From positions 2,294,001 through 2,358,000 of the forward strand of contig BQFW01000013.1 in NCBI GenBank assembly GCA_020891255.1: 64,000 bases of DNA, given 5' to 3'. This document shows positions 39,982 through 51,978 of this stretch, one piece after another. The notes under the pieces were generated by a model. That model saw nothing but the letters and a program-made list of their open reading frames with translations. It ran no database searches and had not been told where the DNA came from. Numbering within the stretch: the first letter of the stretch is position 1; each line of letters begins with the position of its first letter. The stretch comes from Entomortierella parvispora E1425. Its lineage: Eukaryota; Fungi; Mortierellomycota. A program made the position numbers and the translations under genes.

Positions 39982-42900
39982 ATGACGCCTTCTGAACACG
40001 AGGCTTTGGAGAAGGCAAAGGATCGTATACAATCTGCTCGAGAAGCTAAACTCACGGTTCCGATGTACTACTGGAGAGCAGTACATGCCCTTAAAAAGAT
40101 CGACAAAAAGAAGGTTGGCGCCGATGCCTTGACTGGCAAGGTCGATGCACTTCGAGAGCTCGCTGAGGTGCTGGATCACTCGGGAGAAACGGGCAAGGCC
40201 GTCGAGTGCAGACAGAAAGCAGATGCCTTGATGTAAGCACCCTTATTCTCGTCAACATCTGATGGGTGTTTGAATGACTCTAAATTGAACCACAATCCAC
40301 GTTAGCCGAGAATTAGGCGAGAACAAGAGGTTTCGTGTATCCACCGCTTCACTGTCTTTGACTGCACCGGTGATTACTCAGGAAGAAGTCGAGACAAAGG
40401 TTGCCTGTATGGTCTCTTTAGAGGGTATGTCTTTATTGTATACTAGCACCAACCCCGTTTTGATCTTTATTAATGTTGTCTTCGCACCTTTTTTATTCAA
40501 AGCCTCTGCCACATGCGCTGCCAACATCTCCTCCACCCCTCAACCGACACCTCCGCCAACCGCTCAAACAATCATCTCTATATCAGTGGCTACCAGTATC
40601 CAGGAATTTACGACGTTCTTCACCAAGGATGTAAATCCTGTACCTATTCATTGTACGCTACCTGGTCCGGATGAGCAATTACAGAGCACCTATCAACTTG
40701 TCTACGGTCTCCAGCTCTTACAGGATTCAGTTCATGAGAAGGATCTTTCTCCTGAAGCTCTCCAATGGCGTCACAGCACTCGAAATAACTTGGATGAGAA
40801 GGATCGCCTGCAGACCATAGCTGTTCAGATTGTCCAGACATTCAGAAGTAATGCTACCAAGGATGCTGCTGCGGTGGCTGAGGTTGTCCAGCTGGCCCCG
40901 GTGCTCGACAGCGAGTATTCCTGGCTCCTCCTCACATCCTTCACCGACGCTATCTGCCAGTCACAGCATTTGCATGTGCACCTAGTGGGAGGGCTGGTCA
41001 ACGTGATGCAAGGAGCAGCTCATGGATCCATCAGCTCAAACGACCTTGTGGTCGTCCTTCAGTCCCTTTTCAAGAAACTCCAGTCGACTCACCCAGAGAG
41101 CACTCGAGATCGACATCACCTGTTGCTTGCAATTTCACAGGTTCTGGATGCAATGGCAGATGCTGATATCGGAAGTCTTGATCGCGACGCTCTTCATGGG
41201 CCATTGAAGGATCTTCTTCAAGGGTTAGAGTCAAGCAAAGACCCCTATTTGACATTCCAAGCCGAGTATGCCACGCAGGCGCTGTTGAACGTTCCAGATG
41301 ACGAGACTGTCCTGAAGGCAGGATTTCGACGATTATGGTCCGGCTTGAAGGTTGTAGCAGGCTTTGCCAACATCTTGGATCCAACAGCGATAAAGGACTC
41401 ACTCGAGGCTCTAGAGAATCTATACGAATCTGGCAATGGAAGCATCAGGCTGCTCAAAGACCTCCATAAAGCGATCAGGAACAATGACCATCCGACATTC
41501 TCTATGAAGAAGGGTCTCAGGTTCAAGAAGGCTTGGTATGACGCCCTTCGCAGAGCGGAAGTATGTATCAAGGCTGGCGGGCTCGTGGAATTCAGAGATC
41601 TGGTCACTACCGCGTCATACCGACACCAATTCGAATTTCAATGGGGAATTTGCCAGCTACTCGGACGATTGGCGGCTGATACTCAATGGGATCTAGAAGC
41701 ACGGAAGGAAGCAGTTGTATTCCTTGGGGAGCTCTACAAGGATTCTGAACTTTGGAATCGGCAGGAAGGAGTTGACCAGGTCATTTTTGATATCCTCACC
41801 AATGTGACTGCCAACTATGGAGCCAACTTTGAAGGTATATCGATCTTATATTACTACACCCAGGTTGCAACCTCTGGGAGTAAGCTACGAAGAATCCTAT
41901 TCCTAACGTTCTTTTTTTTTGGTATTCACTTTTATAAAAATATAAACTAGGCGCCACGTCTTTGCTGAAGGAGATGAGGAAACAGAGCCCAGACTTGAAG
42001 TCATACGTCAATCTACAGTCGCCACTTTGGAACAATTTCCGGCCTTCAGACTCAACTGGCCACACCACTGCAAAGTTCACACTGCTGAAAACTGTCCAGA
42101 TCCAGTACCCTTGGAGACCTCGTCTTTATGGCATCCACAAAGCTCTCAAGGCGTACCACGCACCAGAACTCGTCATCCGCAGAGTTTCGGGAGACACGCT
42201 GGATCTGGAGACATGCTTTGTCAACCTAGCAATTGTCGAAGCACCGGCACATCGGCAAAAGGAAAAAGAGGATCTCAAAGAGCAGGCAGCAATCTTTCAT
42301 CGGCTACAAAGCTTCGAGAGGATTGAAAACACCAACACGGATGCACTGATCCCTTTGGAGCAACTCTTCAACAAGCACAAGCTACTAGAACGCCAAAGCA
42401 ATGAGGGTGAAGACATTCCTAAAAGGATTTTGGTGCAAGGGCGAGCAGGAATTGGTAAAACAACACTTTGCAAGAAGCTAGTCCATGCCCACCAAAATGG
42501 ACTGTGGAGGGATCTGTTTGATGTCGTACTGTGGATTCCATTGCGCAACCTCAGAGGATTTACAGGCACCACTCTAGAATCGCTGTTTCGTGATAAGATT
42601 TTTATCGGCCAGGATCGTGTCCAGCGTCAAGAGGCGTTGGCGGAAGCTCTTGTGACCTGTGCTGAAAAGGGAAAGGTCCTTTTCATCTTGGACGGCATGG
42701 ACGAGATTGTGGCCGATACGGAGAGCGAGGAGCGCCAGACTTTTAGAAGGTTCTTAATGACCCTCCTTGGACAAGAATATGTCGTCGTCACTTCGAGACC
42801 TTCCGGTGTGGAGAGCTCACTATTACAATCAACGGATCTGGAACTTGAGACTGTCGGGTTCAGTCAGCAGAATATCCAAGACTTTGTGGTCAAGGTACTT

Positions 42901-45432
42901 CCTGAAGCAGCAGTATCAGTTCAGAACTTCATTCGACGATCACCATTGATTCAAGGACTCGTCAACATCCCTGTGCAGCTGGACGTGATCTGCTTAAGCT
43001 GGGATTCACTTCCCAAAGACATCTCACACATTACTATGACAGGACTTTATCAGCTAATGGTGCGCAGACTATGCTGCAAGGACGCAATTCGACTGAAGAA
43101 GAATGCTGGCGAAATACTTCTGACTGAGAAATATCTTCGCGATTTCGAACCTTATGAAATCGACGATCTGATGGCCACCGAGTTGCTGCATCTTGGATAT
43201 CTCGCCTTCAAAGGAATGAACAGTAATCATCAAATTGAATTCGAGGACAAGGACATACGCCGTGCGTGTGGGGAGCTCGACGGATATGGTACAGGCGACC
43301 GGCCTCTTAAGCCTCTCGAGCTCTCTGAGATCATGAAGAAGACATCATTTTTGCATTCAGCAGATGCGGATCTGAGCTCTACAAAGGCCAACTCTCCGAA
43401 ATCCTGGCATTTTTTGCATCTGACATTTCAGGAGTACTTCGCCGCAACCTGGATAGTTCGCCATTTCACCCTCAGACAGGAGTGCTTCCCAGCCAAAATG
43501 ATGTCCAAGGATCAATTGGCGGACTTTGTTCACCAACACAAATACAACCCTTAGTATGAGATTGTTTGGTCGATGGTAGCAGGGCTGTTGGAAGGAGAGG
43601 CTCTGATGGAATTCTTTGGGATTTTGCAGGATGGACCGCCCGATCTGATAGGAGGACGGCATCAGCTGATACTGGCATCCTGCTTCAACGAGGCACATGG
43701 TCGACTGGACTCCATATATTCCGAGAAAGTATACGAGGCGCTAAAGAGATGGCTTCGTTTCGAGGTGCAAACACTTGAGCATGACGAAGACACCGCGAGT
43801 GGGTTGGGCAGTCAGCTTTCATTTCCGGAGGCCACTCTGATTGAGACTTTGCGCTCTAAAAGCTCATGGAAGAATACTCTTGCAAGAACACTGGGGGCTC
43901 GCTCTATAATTTCAGATCACGCCATCACCTTCCTAGTCGTTACACTTGACGACAGCGACAAGAGAGTGAGGTCTTCGGCGGCCACTGCACTAGGAAAGCA
44001 GCCTCAATTGCCAGGATCAGTGATCACAGCTCTCATTGCTGCACTGAAAGACGAGAATGAGGTTGTTAGGTCTTCAGCGGCAAGAGCATTGGGCAGACAG
44101 TTTCCACTGCCAGAATCAGCCATCCACCCTTTCGTCTCTACACTTGATGATGAAAACGAAGATGTCAGGTCTGCCGCAGCAAAAGCACTAGGGAAAAAGT
44201 CTACGCTTCCAGAATTCGCTATCCAGGCTCTAATCGCCGCACTCCAAGACGAGTATTGGAGCGTTCGGTTGTCAGCTTTGGAGGCATTCGACAATCAGAA
44301 TACCTTTCCGGAGATAGCCATCCAGCCTACTATCGCTGCTCTCGAGGATCAAGACGAAGACGTGAGGTCTGCTGCTGAGTGGGTGTTATCCAAGCATTCA
44401 ATCTCTCAAGAGACATCCATCCGGCCTCTCATCACGGTGATCGGTGCTAAAGATGAAGACGCCAACTCAACTGCTACATCGGCTTTGGACAGCAATCAGT
44501 TCATGACACCGACTTTCATCGATCCTCCCATTGCTCCACTCAAGCACGAACACGAGGAAGTCAAATCTGGAGTGACATCGAATTTGAGAGAAGAATCTGA
44601 GTTGCCAGAATCGTCCATTGAATCCCTTGTCGACGCACTTAAGGATGAAGATATATATGTCAGATATGGGGCAGCATGGGCATTGGGCAATCAATCTGAG
44701 TTACCAAAATCAGCCATCGGATCCCTCGTTGATGCATTCATGGATGGAGATGAGGATGTGCGTGTCAGAGCTGTAGCAGCAAATACATTGCGCAAACAAT
44801 CTGAATTACCAGAATCAGCGATCGGATCCGTTGTTTCCGCACTCAAGGATAAAGACGAGTATCTCAGATTTGCGGCTGCAAGAGCACTGGGCTGTCAATC
44901 TGAGTTGCCAGAATCAGCCATCGGATCCCTCATTGACGCACTCAAGGATGAAGATAGACTTGTCAGATTTGAGGCAGTAAGAGTATTGGGCAATCAGTCT
45001 GCGTTGCCTGAATCAGCTGTCGGATCCCTCGTTGACGTACTCAAGCATGAAGATAGACTTGTCAGATTTGAGGCAGCAAGAGCATTGGGCAATCAATTTG
45101 AGTTGCCAGAATCAGCGGTACATTTTCTCATTGCTCTACTCAAGGACACAGGCGAATATGCCAGGATCCACGTTTTATAAGTTCTCCGGCAACATTCCCA
45201 TTCCATATGTATTGCTCTTCCACAGCTCACAAAAGATGAAATTACGAGCGCGTATGAGAACTGTCTATTTCAGTATAGCTGCAGTCGTGTCCTATCTTTA
45301 CAAGTACAGGATGGCAGATTGCGGATCTATACAGAGAAACGTGAGATCTCAGAGAACATTGGCAGCGACGTGCAGGAGAAAATATTGTCTGCTATCAAAG
45401 CTGTCCAGGATAAGCACGGGTTGGAGCTGTGA
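39982..45432 (+). pseudogene. NLR-like paralogue 2: TPR-like helical exon + ARM-like domain + NACHT + 13 HEAT units; exons 39982-40232, 40306-40406, 40503-41834, 41951-45432; nonsense codons at 43552 and 45178
   Basis: The splice phases are mutually consistent (AT|GTAAGC, TTAG|C, T|GTATGG, AAAG|CC, G|GTATAT, CTAG|GC). TAG and TAA fall where the paralogues have CAA/CAG, and the frame continues to the TGA at 45430-45432. Confidence 0.86.
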
Positions 45433-45458
45433 TGTCTGAATAAAGGGCCCTTCACAAG

Positions 45459-47352
45459 TATTTCCGTGGTCGAAAAACGCGAAGACTTGAGGTTGTTGTT
45501 CGACGAGAACTAGACCCAGATCTGTGTGTATCTTTTATTTTCGTTCGAACTTCAAAGCCCCTAAATGAAAATTCTTTGAATAAAACTACTTTGTGCGCTC
45601 TATCTTGCTCTTTATCTTCTTTGAGAGAGCAGAGGAATGGAGAAAACCAGGGTGGGACCAAGGGTGGGACATATCTGAGTCCAGTTCTCGTGGAACAACA
45701 ACATCAGGTCTCCACGTTGTTCGACCACGGAAATAGTTATTCTTCCGTCGAACTGGACCCAGATATGTGGCTCCAGAGCACAAAGACCGTTACGCCTCAG
45801 GCGCGAGGTCTGAGGATGGCAGTTGCGAAGTTGGTCTTCGTCACACTACCCATCCGATAGAACTTGTCGAAAAGGACCGTCGATGACCAATTGGCGTAGG
45901 TGGCAATTTTGCCGCGGCAATATCCGACAATAGGGCACCTGCTGGAAAGCAGCGGTGGATCCAGTTGCGTGTCCACTAGGCAGAGCCATCTGGACGGACA
46001 GGGGCAACTTGATCATTATGACCTTCGCATGGTTGCTAATCGTCTGCGAGGACACTGGCACAGTGAAGTCCTTGATGCTACGAATCAGGGGCGTGGATTT
46101 GATGGCCGGGTTCTTATGGTGAGGAAGCAGGCAGGGTGAGGCTTGGACTCAGAGATCGTCGCCACGGGGCAAAGGCGAGGATCGTGCTTACGGATTGTAA
46201 GGCACCAGGAGATGGGATGACCATCTCTGGTCTCCTTTGGCCAGGTGATCGGGAGGCTCACAAACTCATTCTGGATCTTGAGACGTGTATCTGACATATC
46301 GATGCAGCGAACACTATCGGGGTGGAGCATGCCCACAACCTGGAGCATCCAGCAGAGACGGTGCGTGAGCTGATGCATGCTCAGCTCCGGGAGAGCGTCC
46401 TGGGCTGACAAAGAACTCCAAGATTGAACTCAGGTCCACATCCAGGTCACGGAGGACCTTGATGTCTTTCTCATTCACTCGCTTCATGAAGTCCAAGAAA
46501 TCCGGATCTCTGAAGGCTGACTGATCCTGGTACAAAGCGACTACGGCCTTCTTATAGGCCAAAGCAGTGGATGCCTTTCACTTTGTCGCCATACCTCCTG
46601 TAAGCCGGTTGGTCACTTGTGGTGGGTTAGGGGTGGTTGGATCAATATCGCCCTGTAAGCACCAGCGATGATATTGCTCCTGTGGCGACGAATACTTTGC
46701 CAAAGTCCTCTTGTGTTGAGGGCAATCCAACGCAATAGAGGCTCATGCTATTCTCTAGGCGGCGCCGTTTAGCCTCCAAGCGGATAGAGACCAGTGTGGG
46801 TTCTTTTGTAAGAGGTTTGGGATGCTTCCCGGAGGAGGAAGCACTGCTGATCGTGGAATCCTGCGCGGCGGTTCCACTGCTAGGGCCTGTATGGACGGGA
46901 ACCAGATTGCTGTTGGCCAGAAGGGTGTGATCACCGTCGCTTGAATCTTCTCGAGGCGAATATTCTGCAGGACTGCTGGCAGCAAGTTCCATGGTGGGCA
47001 ACAATAGACTCGACCTAGTGGCTTCCACCGGTGCTGAAGTGAATCCACTGCTTACGCTGCTAGATCCTGTTTCCATGACATGAACCTTGGCAACTGTGCG
47101 TTCTGTTGCGTGGCAAAGAGGTTCACCTGATGTGGTCCCCAATCCGTCTCCAATGTCTGAAAGTACTGTGGGTCTATCGACCATTCCAGCTGCGATTGAA
47201 GGCGACGAGATGGCGCATCTGCTGGGTTGAATGCTGAGGGAACGTATGTTGTCCGTAGGCGGGTGTTCGTTTGCAGGCAGAATTTCCAAAGTTCTGCGGC
47301 GGTTAACATTAGAGCGAGAGCGCTTTCCTCCGAAGTGATTTACGTGGTAATA
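45459..47352 (-). mobile_element. 3' half of a degenerate DIRS (family 3): RNase H end, MTase, recombinase, ICR, right ITR and extension
   Basis: VNHFGG.RS, ADAPSR, NLFAT, YCCPPW, LRLCPV, NWSS..LFDKFYR, with stops and frameshifts. The ICR circle junction CCACGGAAATA|GTTATTCTTCC is at about 45725-45747. Confidence 0.88.
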
Positions 47353-47354
47353 GC

Positions 47355-49850
47355 AGCAGCAGCAGCAGCAAAGTGCGCCTCCAAGACCACTTCCTTGGAT
47401 AAACATGTGCAGCTTAATGTGGGTACACAGTGAGCGTTACCACAGCAGGTGGAGTAACCTCTTCCTCCAAGTCCCCTCGTTTTGTTGCGCTCTGCCGGAG
47501 AGGACGAGATTCAAACGCGTCAAAACCAGAGGACGGGACGCGACGCGACGCGATTTTTTTTTTTTTTGAGATTCGCGTACCAGTTCCTATGCTGTGCAGT
47601 CAGCAGGAATTTGTTTCCAACAAGTCAAGGACAGGCGGGTCTCCATTAATCCAACCGTGAACGAATGCTGTGAATCGACTGCCACAGCCTCTTCTTGCAC
47701 GCTCGCTCATTAGTGCGCCCTTACACTAGACATGTATCTGTACTGCTTGCCTCAGTGATCCGAGAGAGAATCGCACGACGAAGACTCCTGAGCAGGTTGG
47801 ATTCTCACTAGGTCACTAGGCAAGAAGATGAACGTCGCTGATGTGGCACACCATTCCCCAAGATGAAATGGTCTTGATGTAGTGGTACTCCAAGATAGGA
47901 GATCTTCAAGCCTGGGGAAACCCTTGCCACTAAATAAAGAAAGTCAGGGAATTCACTGTCCAATTGTGCGGGAGCCGACTCACGTCCACATAAGTTCGTG
48001 CCTGACAGTTAATAAACGACACCTCCTGTCTCCCGGCAAAAGCGAAAGCTAGGAAAGAAAGGGGTGCCGAGGAAAGCGAAGGACAACAACAAGGCGAGCT
48101 GGTGCGAAAAAAATGCATTTATTGTGTTTCCAGTTTGTGCTTTTGCACTGTTTTCGTCGTAAGTAGGGACACGAAGGCCAGGGTGGAAGAGGGAATACCT
48201 GCTGTGTATGTCTGCTCCTAAAATCGGGACTATAGAGATAGTACATTTGAGAACAGTAGAAACTCCTGCTTGATCGGCTCGAATTACGAAAAATGCTCCT
48301 TGAAGTGACGTAGGATGAGAAATAGAGAGCGATTGTGGGTTGATAACATTGTCGATCTCGGTCAGATCCAAACTGCAATCGGGAAATGGGGTTGTCTCAG
48401 CAATGATTTTTTTTTGATGTTCTCCAGATCTGCTGCCTTCCACGACCGCTCAGCCCATTCCCGATTATGCTCAGGCCATTTGAGTGCCCCCTAAAGAACC
48501 AATCAATGTTAGCTGAATGTGCTGGATCATGATGAAGTCATTGTTCCCGTGAGCGATGGTGGTAACCCTGGGGGTGTTGTTGATTCTTGATCGCGGCGGT
48601 TTTCCCTTGACTCTGAGGTCCCGGTGTTGCAAAATTTCCTCCACCGTTATTGTTTGCTGGTTTGATATGGCTTTCTCTTGTCTCGAAACGTTCCCAACCA
48701 TTGAAGCAATGTGTGCTCGCTACAACAAATTAGTTGTCGTTAATAATATTTCGAATTTAAAAACCACAGAGTAGCAGAACATAAAATACCTACTGCCTGA
48801 AACTCCTTCTCGATTGTTTCCGAAATCTCGTCTGACGACATCTTTTTGAGATGTCTCCCTAAACGGCTCTTCTCTGTGGAGGAATGACCCACGAGGTAGG
48901 GCAGTATCTGACCAGTCCAATACCTTGTAGTCGGGAAGGATCCTCAAACTCTGGAAAGGCCCTCATGAAAGCTGTAAGTGAAATGGTCCGAACATTTGCA
49001 CGGTCAAAGAAATCTCTGTGGATGACCAGCATTCGCGTCTTCTGGACTATTGTCCTCAAAAAGAATAAGAAACGGTTAAAGCGTTCTTGAATAACTCAAC
49101 AGCAATCTACATTTATCCAATCTGGTTGATTGATCATTGAGTGAAAGCGCACTCGTTACACCGAAAGTAGCACTATCAGATTCCAGGAGTCGCCACCGTC
49201 ATTCCTTCTTGTCATTGGAAAGGAATAGGGACAGCTTCATGATTCTACGTTGTAGAACATGAGACGCGTGGACTAGTTTAACACATCCTCATTGCTTTCG
49301 CGGCCGAAGATGTGCAGAGCCATTCACCATGATCCTCAAGTGACTGACCAAGAGAGTTGAGGATCAAATCCAATCAATCATGGCAACAGTGGCAAAGGAA
49401 GGTGAAGGAGCGCCGATTACGCAAAAAGAAACACTATTTGCTCCTGTGCCATAGTCAGCATCCTCTAATGCAATTAAGAGGATGAAGACCGCCGTGTTGT
49501 TTGACAACACTGCGCTGGGAGAGGATAGGCTTAACAAACCGCGATCCACTTCGCGCATTTGCATATCCATTCACGAGACTTGCCTCATGTGTCTTGCAAG
49601 GAGAGATGAGAGCTCTGTCATCCGCAGGCTTGCCACTGTTGCCCCCAGATCAACACTACTGACTGTACACACTTGCCTTGACAACTGTGGGAGTTGATGG
49701 ACGCTGTGAAAGTGAAAGTGGCCTAATGTCGGGGTGGCGAGATCAATCGACGGGGGATTAGGACTGACTGAAGGTAGAATGGAGAGCGAGTCGAGGGTAA
49801 TGAATGACACGAGCGAGCGAGTAATCCAAAAAAAAAAAAAATGACGTCAT
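47355..49850 (-). pseudogene. Copy 2 of the ~2.5-kb duplicated pseudogene
   Basis: Colinear with 12215-14740; it begins at a CAG microsatellite abutting the truncated DIRS. Confidence 0.55.
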
Positions 49851-50049
49851 CTTTTGGGAGAGGGGCGCGCTCGCCCACGCGTGCGCGCTCTCTCGGTGCA
49901 AGGCATCTCTGATTCCCGCAGAGACTTCTTTGAATGACTTTGCAGGCAAGGCACGGGTGCTCATATATTATTTTATTTCTCTTTTCACTTCTGGCACGCG
50001 TGCCTCTTTTCTCTCTCTCTTCCCTCTTCGCTCCTCCCCCTCTTTCTTT

Positions 50050-51002
50050 CCCCTCACTCTTCTTTCTCATTCCCTTCCCTCCATCTTTTCATAATCAACT
50101 CTCCGCTCAGCTACTTTTTTGTTTCATCTGGTAGAGTCATGTCGGCTTCAGATCAACTCCTCGTATGTAGTCCCATCTCTGCAGTGCAAGTGTTCGCGGT
50201 CCGAAAATGTGTTTGCCCCGAGTCGCTGTCCGCCTCGTCTCCCCATGATGCCATGGTCCATGCTGACCAGGACCGTTGCCTGATCAGGCTTGTCCCTGAA
50301 TGAATGTAATGAAGGTAAAGGCAATGGCCAACATTAACATGCAAACATCCAATCTGAACCTCGGCTTATAGCTCTTTCACATAGCATTGGAGTCGACAAC
50401 CATAAAAGCTGGACCCACCTCGAGAAGGACTTTGGAGTCTGGAGTATACAGCAGCCTTGGCGTCTTTTAAACATATACAGACTGGACAAATATCATGCAT
50501 CAAACCGGGAGCATGCTCAAGGATCCAACATGCGCGCGTCCGTGATAAGCACAATGCCAAGCATGTCATAGGATTTGCGTCGGGCAGTATCTCTCATTGA
50601 AGGAAGCCATGGGTTTTACACATTGCCTTGCCAGCGTTCTTGGCTCTTCTTTACGGATATCACTTGGCAGACAGGAGCATGGCGAGATACAACTCATGCT
50701 AAAGTTTGGACTCAAAGTCAAGCAGTCCTACCGTCTGACCGAACTGCAGTTGGTTGCAATGGGCTCTCAACCCAGGATCCGGAATGTGTTAGTGGCCGCC
50801 CTCGGACAATGATTGTTTTTATTCTTGGGCACAAGGACGATCGAAAAATGTGGTCCAAGAGCAGGAAAAAATTGCCTAAACAACAGGACTCGGTCTTCCT
50901 TCTACTCATCAGGACATGATACCGCCAGCCACGGAGCCGAAGGATGGGCTGTAAGCATACCCACAGTTTGTGTATTTGCAGCTACTCGATATGCATCAGG
51001 AG

Positions 51003-51038
<36 letters not shown>

Positions 51039-51190
51039 CGCTGAAAACAGGACCTCACAGGACTAGCGGAAAAAATTGCAAAGACGTCGGAGCAGTCCTT
51101 GCAATGCTTCAGGTACCAGACTGTTGAGAAAATTGCCGATATTCTTCTACTCCTGCAAGTATATTTCTCCCTCTTTGATCCTGACTAACT
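50050..51190 (+). pseudogene. Copy d of the unidentified decayed gene family
   Basis: Colinear with 6080-7190; includes the exon DLTGLAEKIAKTSEQSLQCFRYQTVEKIADILLL. Confidence 0.6.
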
Positions 51191-51202
51191 TTACTAGTGC
51201 GT

Positions 51203-51247
51203 ATTGAGACGCTTGCTGGGCATTGGCGGTCCATAAATCAAGTGACC
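51203..51247 (-). mobile_element. Diverged Crypton terminus
   Basis: The minus strand GGTCACTTGATTTATGGACCGCCAATGCCCAGCAAGCGTCTCAAT aligns to the Crypton end GGTCACGTGACTTTATGGACCGTCAATGTCCAGGAAGCGTCTCATT (24141-24186). Confidence 0.7.
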
Positions 51248-51978
51248 AAGATTGAAAAGTTGGTGAAGAGTTTGCCTCTAAGGGTGCTGTAGGCGTTGGA
51301 CAGGTGATGGAGCTGCAGCAGGATAGTGACTTTTGGGGAACTGGATGGTCGACCAGTTATCACTGACGAAGAGGAGGGGATCATGACCACGATGCCTCGT
51401 CGACAGTTGTCCGTTACTGCTTGAATCCTGGTCCTTGGACCAGCTTTGCACCAATATCGTCCGCACCTTCATCTTCTTTGTTCGCTCCTGTCGTAAGTAC
51501 CTGGTCAAAGGTCGACCTTTTTGGAGTGATAGTCCTTGACGGTTACAACTACGCTACCCCTTTCTCACCGACACTGCCAACAAAGCTCGGCGAGTCAGCC
51601 ATTTAAAAAACATTATGCTCGGGTCAAACTCGAGGAGCTGTGGCTTATCCCCCGATGCTAAAAGCTGGACTCAAGGACGCTGAGATCGAGTCTCTGAGAA
51701 TGGCTGATGCAAATGCCCATTGGGTACCCACCAGCAGAACTAGTGCCAAGCACCCTACAGAGGATCAATATACACCGCCTGTTTACTGCCGTTTGAGCGA
51801 AAACTGTGTTTTTTTCAGACCCAGTTAAAAGAGGCTGTTGCTCCTCCCTGCTCGTTATTGTTTCTCCATTTTGTATAGCAGCGTTGAGGCACCTCTCCCA
51901 TCTTCTCTTTATTGACTTCCAACTCCATTTAAAAAGCACCGCACTTCTTTCTTCGCCCCATTTTAGTTTGGTAGTACT

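Noticed and set aside
43552-45180. Stop-codon reassignment or A-to-I editing rescuing NLR2
   Set aside because: TAA and TAG terminate intact genes here (ABCG, CRN, gag). The paralogues have Gln rather than Trp, so editing would not restore the residue.
13500-47060. RIP-like CpA->TpA mutagenesis, suggested by several CAR->TAR stops
   Set aside because: The sampled differences between duplicated copies are transitions in both directions, and the Crypton dimer is unmutated. CAR->TAR is simply a common nonsense route.
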